Shown one piece after another: positions 25,605 through 38,100 of a stretch of DNA of 58,841 bases; the first letter of the stretch is position 1; the number at the start of each line of letters is the position of its first letter. The translations under genes and the position numbers were made by a program. The notes beneath the pieces were generated by a model. It searched no databases, was not told the DNA's origin, and saw only the letters and a program-made list of their open reading frames with translations. Where the stretch lies: the NCBI RefSeq assembly GCF_000315625.1, contig NW_005434558.1, forward strand, positions 1-58,841. The letters run 5' to 3'. This stretch comes from Guillardia theta CCMP2712. Taxonomy: Eukaryota; Protista; Cryptophyta.

Positions 25605-27100
25605 TCAAGACAACTTTGCGTTGCTCTCCAACACGAGCCGAATCGCTTCCGCTGCTCCCAACTTGTCATGATCGTTCACCGTCCTGTCCGCCACCTCCTT
25701 GAGCTTGGGGACAGCATTCCCCACCGCTACTGCCAGGCCTCCTGCCTCCTTCACAAGCTTCAGCATCTCCAGGTCGTTCTCTCCGTCGCCCATGGCCATG
25801 CAGGCGGCAGGAGACACGCCGAGCGCTTGCATGGCACGACGCACTCCCGACGCCTTCGAGGCCCCGGGAGGAAGAATCTCGAGCATACCTGCGGGTCCGT
25901 TAGAGATGGGGGGGGGGGGGGGGGGGGACGAGGAGGAGAGTGTAGGGATGGAAGGAAGAGAAGGAGAGGAAGAGAAGAGGGGGAGGAGGAGGTGAAGAAG
26001 GATTGTGTTGAACGGACAAGATAGGCGAATTGAGGGAGGGGGCAGAGTCAGGGGGTGTAGATGGCGAGGAGGAAGAGGGCAAACCGTCCATGGCCTTTGT
26101 GACGGCAGCAACTCCGGCGAACTTCTGCTCGATCTCAGGCCTGTGTCGCTTGAGGATCGCCTCCTCTCCGATGAACATCATCTTGTACACACACAGCTCT
26201 CCCTCAGCCCCCAGCCTTCGCATCCCCTCCTCTCCGACGCTCGTCGGCGGCGGCTCGTTGTACGGGCGCAGGACGTCGGTGTCCTTGTTCGTCTCCGACG
26301 TCACTATCATGTCCTTGTCTGTGTACGCGACGATGGTGATCTGGTGGGTGTTGGAGTAGGTCACCAGCTCCTGCACCGTCTCCCGGCCCAGCTTGATCTC
26401 CTGGATGGCGTTCCCTTCGTTGTCGCACACGAGGAGGCCCTGGATGAAGACCCCTGGCCCGCTGATGGTGTATCCCTTGTCCTGTAGCCCCAGTGCTCTC
26501 CTCACGTCCCCACCCATGGGCCTCGGGCCTTACCCGTCGCCATGACAACTTTGACACCTGAGTTCACAGCCTCGTTGATCGCCGCGCAAGTCTCGGGGTC
26601 CAGCTGGTGCTGCTTGTTGAGCAGAGTCCCATCCACATCTGCATCCAACCAGTGAGCGGATCCACCACCACCTCCACCTCCACCTCCACCTCCTCCTCCT
26701 CCTCCTCCACCTCCTCCTCCTCCTCCTCCTCCTCCTCCTCCTCCCCCTGCCCCTCCTCTTCCCTAGCTCAGTCATCGACCTTCTGGTCCTCCTTCCTAGC
26801 ACTCACACACACTGCATCCTCCCCTCTCCTTCTCCCGCCCTCGTCTACTCTCCTCGCACCTGTAAAGATGGCTTGGAACTTTTGCGTTCGACTCAGGAGA
26901 GCATCTTCCCCGCATGTGGAGGGCACTGACGACATGCGGGGACCGAGTCGGGTACGAGGCCGATCATGGCAGGCAGCTGCGATCCTTCGCGCCACGGATG
27001 AGACCTGCGGGGCTGACCGCAACATGGTCGGAGCCCAGCAGTATGCGAGGGAGAGATGGCTGAAGATAGAAAGGATCATGACGCGAGCGGATGTCTCCAT
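25605..27100 (-). CDS. Cof-type HAD-IIB hydrolase with bipartite presequence
   Basis: Motif I IFT|DVDGTLL, motif II VMATG, LEILPPGASKASG, AMGDGENDLEML, AVGNA. Signal peptide ends AYC|W. Confidence 0.9.
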
Positions 27101-28226
27101 GCCGGATGTCCCTTGTCTAGATCTCGATCGCAGCAATCATGACAGGCTGACAAGATTCATGGTCAATGCAATATGCGTCGCAAAGGAGGTGAGAACGTGT
27201 TTGATCCCCCTTCTCCTCCTCTTTTGCTGATCTCTCAATGCAGGTTATCCAGCAAGCTCAGCTACCTTCCTCTTGCAGACATCGGCATCTATCGCTACAT
27301 CCTGACTCCATCCATCATCATAAACCGTAAACACATCTTCACACCATCTCGCTACCATCGAGCATGATACCGCAAACTTTCTCCTACCATCTTATCCTGT
27401 TCTTGTCTTGTCCTACTCCTCTCTGGTCACTGTCCCATTCTTATCCCCCATTCCGCTCCCCTTGCATTTAAAAGTCATCCTTTTTAAAAACATATCACCC
27501 CCACCCACTTAATTTGGATTTCAACGTGTCTCTGGGTGGGTGGGTAGTTGTGACATGTATTAAGTAAAAGTAGAATCAATTTCCTAGATGAGTAAACATT
27601 CGAAATTGCCTCTGCTGATTTCCAGTGAGTAAAAATCAATGATTAGGTAAGTAAACTTTTATTACCTGCAGGGACACTTTTTAAGTGAAATACAAGCTCG
27701 ATTTAGTACTGTATTTTATAAGTAATCATTAGTCTACAATGAATTTGTAGCAACAAGATGGGGTGTGGGTGGTAATATATGTGGGCGCACGGGCAGCGAG
27801 GAGCAGGAGGACGACGCCTCCTCCTGTGCGCGCGGGACGGGAAGCAGAGGAGAGAAGGAGGAGAGAAGAAGAAGAAGAAGAAGGAGAAGAAGAGAGAGAT
27901 AGAGGAAGAAGAAGAAGAAGAAGAAGAAGAGAGATAGAAGAAGAAGAAGAAGAAGGAGGAGAGAGAGAGGAGGAGGAAGAGAAGAAGACAGAGGAAGAAA
28001 AGGTAGAGATAGAAGGAGAGAAGAGGAGACAGAGACAGAGACAGAGACGGAGGCACGACAAGACAGGACCACACAGAGCAGAGAGGTGTAAATCACAGCA
28101 TCGTTTGTTCCGTGAAGACAAGGGCGCGTATTGATTCAGAGACGGTTCCACACTCTGCAGCCAGAGCTCAGACCTTCCAGCAGGGTCGAGCGGATCTTGT
28201 GACAGAAGTGAAAGAGAAGAGGCAAG

Positions 28227-30926
28227 ATGTTCGGAGGTGACCAGTGGGACTCGCGCCCTCGGGGGAGGGGGAGAGGAAGGGGGAGAGGAGATGGAACTTG
28301 GGGTATGGGTCCGGGAGCCGACTCTGCCCACCTCAGAGCCAAGGCACAGCATGCAGCTGCGGCGACTCCCTTGCCTCCTGCTGGCATGAAGGGCGCCGAC
28401 CCGTCGCTGAGAGACAGGATCATCAGAGCAGGAGACGAGCGCCCGTCGTTGATGGAGGCGAACATGATGCAACTGACGGAGGATGTGGAGCGACAGCTGA
28501 TGCGAGGGGATGGGGACTGGATCATCGACCTCATCATCAAGTGCGTCTGCAAGCTCGGGAGCAAAGTGCCCGTCCTGGGCGTGCTGGTCGGCATGGTCAA
28601 CGTGGAGCACCCTGAGTTCGGGAAGCGGGTGATCAACGCCGTCCATGCTCGCCTGGAGGATGCGGTCAGGGTCGACGATTTCCTGTCGCAGAAGCTCGTC
28701 CTCCGCTTCTCCGCGGCCCTGTGCAGCAGCGGCGTCCTCTACATGTCCGGACTCGTCGGCCTTCTGCACGACTTCCTGACGGTGACGCGCGACACGAGAG
28801 CCCACTTTCGTCGTCGCGACCTCTGTGCATACCTGGTCATGAGCACTATACCCTACTGCTGCGAGACCCTGCGGGAGCACAAGCGAGAGGAGCTGGAAGA
28901 GATCTTCGGCATCCTCCGCGACTACATGCAGCGACGCCCGCCGGTGAAGGAGCTGCTGGACGGCTGCCTGAGCATGTTCCAGTCCTTCCCGCCTGTGGAC
29001 CCTGGTCCCCTTGACGCGGTGGAGGACGCGTGGGAGATGGTGCTGTGCTTGATGGAGGCGCGGTGGATCCGCCCAGACTGTCTGGTCACTCCGCTCAACG
29101 ACGGGACAGGTCGAGTGTCGTCGCGCCTCCGCCGTTCGCCTACTCAACACCAGATGCCAACTTTGCTGATAGAGGGAACCAAGAGCAGGCCCAAGGGGGT
29201 CAGGAGGATCCCTGTCAGCTTCCGGCTGCTGCCCTCCCTCATCGAGGTTCCTGTTCCCAACCTGTGGGTCATCCAGGACTGCGTCCGGGACATCCTGCAC
29301 TTCTTCGCGGGGACAAGGGACTTGTTTGAGCCCGAGCTGAAGAACCAGCCCGGGGTCGGGGGGCTGAAGGGCAACGTGGTGGAGGGAGCGAAGCAGATCC
29401 TGAACCTCCCGTCGATCCCCAAGTTCGAGGGGGTTGTTGTTGAAGCGATCCTTTCCGAGATGCTGCGGCTGCCCAACTCGACACACCCTGTGGCCTACTA
29501 CGCCTCGACCCTCATAGAGCTCTGCAGGCTCCAGAGTACGATGCACCCGGCGCTGGGAGCAGCGATCAACTACCTCTTCGACGCGGTGCCGACGATGCAG
29601 GCGGAGTGCGTTGACCGGGTGGTGGAGTGGCTTTCCCTTCACTTCTCCAACTTCGACTGGAAGTGGCTGTGGGCCGACTGGCTGGACGTTGTCATGCTGC
29701 CGGACCACTCGCCGAAGCGCAGGTTCGTGGCCGCGCTACTTCAGCGCTGCGTCCGCCTCTCCTACTTCGAGCGGATCCAGAACGCCGTGACGGTGGAGGG
29801 AGCGCTGGACCTGATGGGGCTCATCGACAAGGAGACCGGAGCCATCGCGCCCTCGGAGTACATCGAGGATCACATGCGGGAGCTCGTGACGGAGGTGCAG
29901 GACATGGTGTCGCTCTCTCGAAGGGAGGAGTGCTCCGTGCTCGAAGAGTTCGTGGCAAACAGCCTCAGCGACCTCACTTCAGAGACGCCGACCGCTGACC
30001 GAGCCAAGATCCTGGTGGCCGCCATGGTGTACGAGGGGAGGGAGAGCTTCAGCCATGTCCTCGGCATCGTCGGCAGGTACCTCAAGGTCCTCCGCTCCTG
30101 CGTGGAGGGCGAGCAGGAGCAGTTCGCATGCGCCACGGCGATCTCGCACACGTGGAAGAAGAACCCGCAGTGCTTCGTGATGGTGATGGACAAGTTCGTA
30201 GCGATGAAGCTCATCTCCCCCATCAACCTCGCCAAGTGGCTGCTCTCGTCCTTCGAGTACGTGGAGGGGAGGGGAGACGCTGTGTGGGAGCTCATGATCA
30301 TGGCGATCCGGAAGCCGGTGGAGCTGGTGAGGACGGTGAGGAGGGATTTGTCAGAGGCCCAGAAGGAGCTGGACAAGCTGAAGCAGACGAGCGACGAGGA
30401 GGATGAGGAGATGATCCAGAAGGCGGACAGGATCTCTCGCATCAAGAACGTGCTGCGCTCCTCCACTCGGGACCAGGATGACATCCTCATCGCCGTCATC
30501 CGCGGGCTGGTGCTGCTGGCTAACGAATGCTACGAGAGGAAGGAGGAGAAGGAGAAGGAGGAGGACAACAACGAGACAGAGGAGAGTGGCAACAAGAAGC
30601 CAAAGCTCGACCCCGAGCAGGCGGGAGATGGCGCCGACGCCAAGAATGGCGACGCCATGGACGCGGAGACGAAGGAAGAGGAGGAGGAGGAGGATGAGGC
30701 GTCCAAGACCAAGAGCAGTAAGCGGAAGCACAAGAAGCGGTCTGAAGGAAACGACAAGGACTCCGTCTGGATGCGCATCCTCCATGGCCGCATCATGCAG
30801 GTGGGAAGGCAGTACGGAGCACAGCTCCATGACTGCCATGACCTGCTGGAGGACGAGTTGGCGTCGATCACGATCCAGGACGAGCAGCTGCGCAAGCTCC
30901 TCTCATCATTGCAGCGACTGCGATGA
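28227..30926 (+). CDS. NCBP1: Nuclear cap-binding protein subunit 1 (CBP80), single exon, 899 aa
   Basis: MIF4G-like helical protein with VVEAILSEMLRLP, YYASTLIELCRL, DRVVEWLSLHFSNFDWKWLWADW, CVRLSYFERI, RESFSHV, typical of CBP80. Confidence 0.92.
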   Translation: MFGGDQWDSRPRGRGRGRGRGDGTWGMGPGADSAHLRAKAQHAAAATPLPPAGMKGADPSLRDRIIRAGDERPSLMEANMMQLTEDVERQLMRGDGDWIIDLIIKCVCKLGSKVPVLGVLVGMVNVEHPEFGKRVINAVHARLEDAVRVDDFLSQKLVLRFSAALCSSGVLYMSGLVGLLHDFLTVTRDTRAHFRRRDLCAYLVMSTIPYCCETLREHKREELEEIFGILRDYMQRRPPVKELLDGCLSMFQSFPPVDPGPLDAVEDAWEMVLCLMEARWIRPDCLVTPLNDGTGRVSSRLRRSPTQHQMPTLLIEGTKSRPKGVRRIPVSFRLLPSLIEVPVPNLWVIQDCVRDILHFFAGTRDLFEPELKNQPGVGGLKGNVVEGAKQILNLPSIPKFEGVVVEAILSEMLRLPNSTHPVAYYASTLIELCRLQSTMHPALGAAINYLFDAVPTMQAECVDRVVEWLSLHFSNFDWKWLWADWLDVVMLPDHSPKRRFVAALLQRCVRLSYFERIQNAVTVEGALDLMGLIDKETGAIAPSEYIEDHMRELVTEVQDMVSLSRREECSVLEEFVANSLSDLTSETPTADRAKILVAAMVYEGRESFSHVLGIVGRYLKVLRSCVEGEQEQFACATAISHTWKKNPQCFVMVMDKFVAMKLISPINLAKWLLSSFEYVEGRGDAVWELMIMAIRKPVELVRTVRRDLSEAQKELDKLKQTSDEEDEEMIQKADRISRIKNVLRSSTRDQDDILIAVIRGLVLLANECYERKEEKEKEEDNNETEESGNKKPKLDPEQAGDGADAKNGDAMDAETKEEEEEEDEASKTKSSKRKHKKRSEGNDKDSVWMRILHGRIMQVGRQYGAQLHDCHDLLEDELASITIQDEQLRKLLSSLQRLR

Positions 30927-31027
30927 GCGCGCGGCTGGGAGGAGAAGAGGAGAAGGAGGAGAGGTAAAAGAATATGACGAGTCTGCTGATGAAAGAAGAT
31001 GAAGATAAGAATTCGAGGGAAGCGAGA

Positions 31028-32569
31028 CTAGTCCAGCAGGACCTCCTTCTTGACTCCCTGCTCCGAGGGCTCTAGAGCTGCAAGGGGAGTGTCCCTTACC
31101 ACGCACTTGTCGTACAGCGCCTTGAACTCCTGCAAGTGCACCGTGAGCTCCCTAGAGCCTTCACGTCACAGAGCGGCTTTCTCACCGCCAGACTCTCGGG
31201 GGTCGTGAGACCGTCTAGCCTCTTCATGTCCTCCTCGTCCAGCTGGAAGTCGAACACGGCCATGTTCTCCTTCATCCTCTCCTTGTGAACTGTCTTGGCA
31301 ACTAGCACGATGTTCCTTTGCACGCACCATCTCCCTAGGATCTGCTGCAGCGTCAGCGGCCTCCCCCGCAGCGCGAGTGCACTCTTCTCTTTCCTCCAAT
31401 CCCTCTCCTCCTCCTCCTCCTCCTCCTCCTCCTCCTTCCCTTCAGTCTCCTCCTCCCTTCCTCACCTGCGCTGCTGTCCTCCCGTGCTTCTTGGCGACCT
31501 CAGCGACGCAGGGGTTGCCCATCTCCTTCCCCTGCCGCAGTGCCCGGTAGCTTTGGAGGACCACCCCCTCCCCCATGAAGTAATCGTACGTCTTCCTCCT
31601 CCACAGGAAAGGGTTCACTTCGATCTGGTTCACCACAGGAGGCACTCGAGCCACGGCCTTGAGCTCCTCATAGTCCTCCCTCGTGTAGTTGCTGATCCCG
31701 ATCGCCCGGATCTTTCCCGCACCCAGCGCTTCCTCTAGCACCTGGTATGCCGCCACATGCTTCCCCGGGACAGGCCAGTGCACGAGATAGATATCGAGGT
31801 AGTCAGTCCCCAAGTCCTCGAGCGTCTGGTCGAGCTGCCGAAGGATAGCCTCCCTCCCCTCATACATCTTGTCTCCCCACACCTTGGACACCAGGAACAG
31901 TTCCGCTCGGGGCACCTTGCTCTCGCTGATCGCCTTCCCCACCAGCTTCTCGTTCCCATAGAACTGAGCACAGTCGATGTACCTTTGCACAGCGCCCTGT
32001 GAGCAAACGAACCAGCAGCTTCCCCCATCCCCCACTGTCCTCTCCCCTCTCCGCTTCACCTGTACCCGCACGCGAGCGCGTCTTTGATGATGTCGGCTGG
32101 GTCCTGGTCGGGTGAGTGCCCTGGCTCCGACGCGCTGTTGGAACTGGCGGGGACAAACCCGATCTACATGACAGTGAGATGGTGAACGAGTTACCCCCCT
32201 GACTGCAGCAGCAGTCGCTACCGCTATCACCACTGACATCTATGAATGGCATTGCCCTGCTTTCTTTCCATCTTAAGCTGACTTCACACCGATAAAAACA
32301 TTGGTGGTTCAAAACATTTCTCCTTCATCCCAACCCGGTTTCCAGACACCGTATTTCATTACTGTTCATACTCCACATGTCACATGTCACATCTCACATG
32401 TCACATGTCACATCTCACATCTCACATCTCACATCTCACATCTCACATCTCACATCTCACACAGCGTCTCTCCGTGGTTTGTCTCTTCGTGTCCTCTCAC
32501 CTTGTACGTGCCATAGCCGATCAGCGGATGTTCGACGCCATTCCTGAGCCTGACCGTGGGCACTGCCAT
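31028..32569 (-). CDS. Aldo/keto reductase (2,5-DKG reductase-like), multi-exon
   Basis: MAVPTVRLRNGVEHPLIGYGTYK, YIDCAQFYGNE, LFLVSKVW, YLDIYLVHWP, IRAIGISNY, PVVNQIEVNP, ENMAVFDFQL. Confidence 0.93.
32374..32462. repeat. 7-bp microsatellite (CACATCT/CACATGT)n in AKR intron 1
   Basis: Direct inspection. Confidence 0.9.
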
Positions 32570-33574
32570 GGGCTGAGGCTGCCACTACCCCACCTGTCAA
32601 ACATACCTTATGCTGCTGGAAGAACTACGGGTGCCATAACACTACCCCACCCATAAAATTTCGCTTTCAAGAACCCCATCTCTTTATTCCATGTACCCGC
32701 ATGTTGTCAGCAAAAAGTACCCCTACCTACCCCTGGATTCCTATTAATATTATTAAAATAACTCAAGTGATGCTTCAGATTTCATCAGAGCTGCTTTCAA
32801 ATTGGTTCAGAATGTTCCAAAATCTCACAAAAGGTTTGAAATATATTTCTGTTTACAGTGAACCGCCAAGTGTGAGGTGGGTAGGGTGGGTTTGGGAGAC
32901 TGCTTTCCCACAGGAGAACTAATAATGGGGGGTGGAGGGTGGAGGGTGGGGTATTTCATGATGGGGTAGTTTTACATACTGTTAGAAGAAGATTCCATCG
33001 TTCTATACGGGGTGGGTACAGTGCTTTACCTGAAGGGCCGGGTACGTTCTAGGGGGGGTAGGGGTCGAGGATTCCATTGGAAATTTCTGGAGATATAGGG
33101 GTGGGGTGGTGTACGTTGTCTTCAATGCATTGGGGTACGGTCATGAGAGAGGGTGGGGGTTCTAATAAAGGTACAGGGATTGGACCCTTCAGGGCACCTA
33201 CCCTTGTACAAATTACACCCCGTCGAATTCTAGTTTGCATCTCGTGTATTAGATCACCGGTACTTATCCATATATTCAACTCTGCAAGAGGGGGATAAAG
33301 GTACCACCGGTGTTGACCAAAAATGACGAAATGTGGGGTGGGTATGACCCCCACCATTGTTCCTACCACCCCTACCCACAGTTTTCCCGCACGCGACCCT
33401 CCCCCATCCGTCCATCCCTTGCAGAACATCTCCCTGCTTGTTCGTTCAGTGCGCATCTGTGCTTGCGTTCGCTCTGCTTGGAGCTTTCCTGTTGCGTTTC
33501 CAGCACATCTGCATCATCCTCTTCTAAGAGCTGTCTGCTTCTTTATCAAGTGGATCTCTTCCATTCTTTGGTTC

Positions 33575-34221
33575 ATGATGGGAAGACAGGTTCTTGCTGC
33601 CCTCGCACTCCTACCTCTTGCTTGGTGCTTCCAAGCTCCTACCAGCTTTCTTCCTGGAACCAGGGGCATCACTCAGCAAACATGCGCTACTCTCAGGCCT
33701 GCAGTGCTTGGGAAGATGCAGCTCGAGGCTCCCGAAAGGATTAAGATACCTGACACTTTCAACCCGGCGGAATGGGGCGTTGGGGGCGGAAAGGGAGGCT
33801 TCGGTGATGGGCTTGGTGGGTTCAAGGTTCCTGATAGCTTCAACCCAGCGGAGATGGAGAAAGAAAGGCAGGGTGGAAGAACAGCTGTGATGGACAGGCC
33901 TTCAGACAAGACTGATCCTGGGAAGAAGTACAAGGTTCTGTTGTTCAACGATGACAAGAACACAAGGCAGTACGTTATTGACACCCTAATGAAGTACATC
34001 CCTGGTATGACAGCAGACAAGGTAAGATGACGAATCTCTTCTTCATTCCGCTTGTATTTGGTTTTTCCGTGTTAACGTTTTGTCCTCAGGCTAAGGAGAT
34101 CACTGTAGCAGCGCACAACACTGGCATGGCCATCGTTGGCGTGTGGATGTACGAGATGGCAGAGGCATACAGTGATGTGCTCCGCAGTGCAGGCTTGCGG
34201 AGTGACATTGATCCTGAGTAA
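33575..34221 (+). CDS. clpS: Plastid-targeted ATP-dependent Clp protease adaptor ClpS (2 exons; intron 34022-34089)
   Basis: Signal peptide ending AWC|F plus transit peptide; KYKVLLFNDDKNTRQYVIDTL...AKEITVAAHNTGMAIVGVWMYEMAEAY. Confidence 0.92.
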
Positions 34222-34308
34222 ACTCGTTGTTTCTTTTGCCTCTAACTGCCATGCGTCTGTTTCGAAGTACCATGCGCACTAAGCTGCTGCCTCTCTATGC
34301 TCTCAGCG

Positions 34309-34340
<32 letters not shown>

Positions 34341-35118
34341 TCGAGCCACCCATGGAGGCAGTTGAAGTTTATCTTTCCTCCGCCGTACCACAAACCGTTT
34401 TCGAACTTGGGAAGTTGGTCATCCCATGTGCAATGGGCAGGCGATCACTGATACACCGCAGCAGCGCTTCCTTAGTCCCTTACAACTCAGAATCTTGACG
34501 CTCATTCTCTGTCCTCGTTCGGCTCGCCGTTTCATGATGTGTCAGGTGTGATCCGAGTTTCAGCTGAGCGTGCTCGTGAGACTCAGAGGATCAAAGATCG
34601 CCGCCGGTACGGTCACACTGCCGCCGTGAGTCGCGATGGCATGATGATGGAGAAGGCGATGCAATTACCACAACTTCAATGAAAAGTAATACTCCCGCAA
34701 ACGATGTTGCTTGCAAGGCTGTGATCAGTCACATGTCACTGGGCCAGGCTCAGGCTACTTACGGTAGTAGGCCGCTTGTACGGTCATGATTGCGGCTTGC
34801 CGGAACTCGGAGACGCCCGGCCGGGCGCCGCGCCGGCCGGCCCGGGCCCGGGGTGCGGGCCCGGCCACCGGGGCCCGGGCCCGGGCCTCCCGACCCGTAC
34901 CCGGTGACCGTACCGCCGGAGTCACGGGCCCGGGGCAGTCTGGCACGCGGCCAGTCACTGTGCGGTGGCGCGGCAAGTTGTTGTTGCAAACCACGGTGAC
35001 TCGTCGGAGTCGGACCCGCCGAAAAAAAGGCTAGTACGGTGCGGTTCTGATGCTGAGGCTACAATCGGCGCAGCCGCGGGCCGGGGGCGAACTGGCACGG
35101 CGCAGTCACGCGGCTCGC

Positions 35119-38100
35119 TGATGGAACGTATGCCAGCCGTGCCAGTCAGATATCACGCAGTGCGGCGGGCGGCCGAGTCAGTAACAAAAACTCTCCTGTA
35201 AACCAAGACGACTTACGTGTTTTCGAGGCGGGCATGTACTCGCGGCGTGTGGGTGACGGAATACAAGTTTGTTAGACTTGTACTAGTCCAAAGTCACGCA
35301 GACGTCACATCGACCTTAGTTGTAACAAGACAGTTTTTGCTCAAGACCGAGTTTAATGTACACAAAACCAGAGTTGAGGAGCACATGAGAGATAGACTGT
35401 ATGCAGGGATGTGAAACCCAAGCATCCAGACATGAGAGGACCTTAGCAAGACGGCTAGGAAAGCCCCCCTCTTCGTCCCACACGCTACATCGTCCGCCTT
35501 GCCAAACACGTAAGTCGTCTTGGTTTACAGGAGAGTTTTTGTTAACTCGGCGCTATCTGACTGGCACGGCTGGCATACGTTCCATCCTCCCCCCGAGTTT
35601 CTGAAATAGTACGTTACATCGGACGTCAGAAAGTCACACAAACAAGCTTGAAGAGAATGTCAGCAGAGTTCCAAGTCAAGATACGATGATACAACGTCAA
35701 GTTCACAGTCATGCTGAGTGGGCAATAACCATTCAAGGATTGTCCATTCTGAAGAAGAATTTCATGCAGGGCTATTAGATGGGCAGTGCAGAGATAAGGA
35801 GGATAAGATAAGAGAGTCTGAGGAGAGAACTTCGGAGTTCAGATAACAGAGAGAGAGAGAGAGAGAGCGTGCCCGCCGGCATTTGAAGACCAAAAGATAA
35901 ATTTTGAACCGTAAAGAACTTGTGACCAGAGATTGCTGCCGCGAGATGGAACATCCGTTTCAAGGCATTCGAAGATTGTTGTGCAGTTGTACCTTGTTCG
36001 CCGATCCAGAAGTAGCTCCAGTTATGCATGCCACAGCCTAGCTCCATGACATGAAAACTTCCGCCAGATCTCCTGGTAGTTCCATTTGATCCTACTCAAA
36101 GATCAAGAAAAATAAGAATCGAATCAGCTTCAAGTGCGTTTCCACACGGTTAAGCAGATATTCGACCGACCAATCTGGCTGGGGAAAGGCTTGTTTTTCC
36201 TATTCGAAGATCAATCAAACAAATTGAGGCTGAGATAGGCCTAAACAACTTGCGGCTAGAAAGAGAGCCTGATTGAAGAGAGGAGTCATCCGAATGTGTA
36301 CAGCTTGATAGAATTTGCATGAATTGTCAACAGCAACGGGAAAACAATACCAAGAAAGAAAAAACTCCAGTAAACAATTCAACTAACCAAATATAAGATC
36401 AACATGATTGAGCATGTAATCGGGGCCCATAACCGACGGAATACAAGTTTGTTAGACTTGTACTAGTCCAAAGTCACGCAGACGTCACATCGACCTTAGT
36501 TGTAACAAGACAGTTTTTGCTCAAGACCGAGTTTAATGTACACAAAACCAGAGTTGAGGAGCACATGAGAGATAGACTGTATGCAGGGATGTGAAACCCA
36601 AGCATCCAGACATGAGAGGACCTTAGCAAGACGGCTAGGAAAGCCCCCCTCTTCGTCCCACACGCTACATCGTCCGCCTTGCCAAACACGTAAGTCGTCT
36701 TGGTTTACAGGAGAGTTTTTGTTAACTCGGCGCTATCTGACTGGCACGGCTGGCATACGTTCCATCCTCCCCCCGAGTTTCTGAAATAGTACGTTACATC
36801 GGACGTCAGAAAGTCACACAAACAAGCTTGAAGAGAATGTCAGCAGAGTTCCAAGTCAAGATACGATGATACAACGTCAAGTTCACAGTCATGCTGAGTG
36901 GGCAATAACCATTCAAGGATTGTCCATTCTGAAGGATAAGGGAGATGCCTGGCGAGCTGATGCAATGACGAGAGAAGGAGGATAAGATAAGAGAGTCTGA
37001 GGACTCCGGAGAACTTCGGAGTTCAGATAACAGAGAGAGAGAGAGAGAGAGCGTGCCCGCCGGCATTTGAAGACCAAAAGATAAATTTTGAACCGTAAAG
37101 AACTTGTGACCAGAGATTGCTGCCGCGAGATGGAACATCCGTTTCAAGGCATTCGAAGATTGTTGTGCAGTTGTACCTTGTTCGCCGATCCAGAAGTAGC
37201 TCCAGTTATGCATGCCACAGCCTAGCTCCATGACATGAAAACTTCCGCCAGATCAGCTTCAAGTGCGTTTCCACACGGTTAAGCAGATATTCGACCGACC
37301 AATCTGGCTGGGGAAAGGCTTGTTTTTCCTATTCGAAGATCAATCAAACAAATTGAGGCTGAGATAGGCCTAAACAACTTGCGGCTAGAAAGAGAGCCTG
37401 ATTGAAGAGAGGAGTCATCCGAATGTGTACAGCTTGATAGAATTTGCATGAATTGTCAACAGCAACGGGAAAACAATACCAAGAAAGAAAAAACTCCAGT
37501 AAACAATTCAACTAACCAAATATAAGATCAACATGATTGAGCATGTAATCGGGGCCCATAACCGACGGAATACAAGTTTGTTAGACTTGTACTAGTCCAA
37601 AGTCACGCAGACGTCACATCGACCTTAGTTGTAACAAGACAGTTTTTGCTCAAGACCGAGTTTAATGTACACAAAACCAGAGTTGAGGAGCACATGAGAG
37701 ATAGACTGTATGCAGGGATGTGAAACCCAAGCATCCAGACATGAGAGGACCTTAGCAAGACGGCTAGGAAAGCCCCCCTCTTCGTCCCACACGCTACATC
37801 GTCCGCCTTGCCAAACACGTAAGTCGTCTTGGTTTACAGGAGAGTTTTTGTTAACTCGGCGCTATCTGACTGGCACGGCTGGCATACGTTCCATCCTCCC
37901 CCCGAGTTTCTGAAATAGTACGTTACATCGGACGTCAGAAAGTCACACAAACAAGCTTGAAGAGAATGTCAGCAGAGTTCCAAGTCAAGATACGATGATA
38001 CAACGTCAAGTTCACAGTCATGCTGAGTGGGCAATAACCATTCAAGGATTGTCCATTCTGAAGAAGAATTTCATGCAGGGCTATTAGATGGGCAGTGCAG

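Noticed and set aside
27729-29708. 659-aa minus-strand ORF
   Set aside because: Antisense shadow of the high-GC3 CBP80 gene plus low-complexity sequence.
36423-36434. tRNA-Met gene
   Set aside because: Only 12 nt match the anticodon arm and there is no cloverleaf; it is a primer-binding site.
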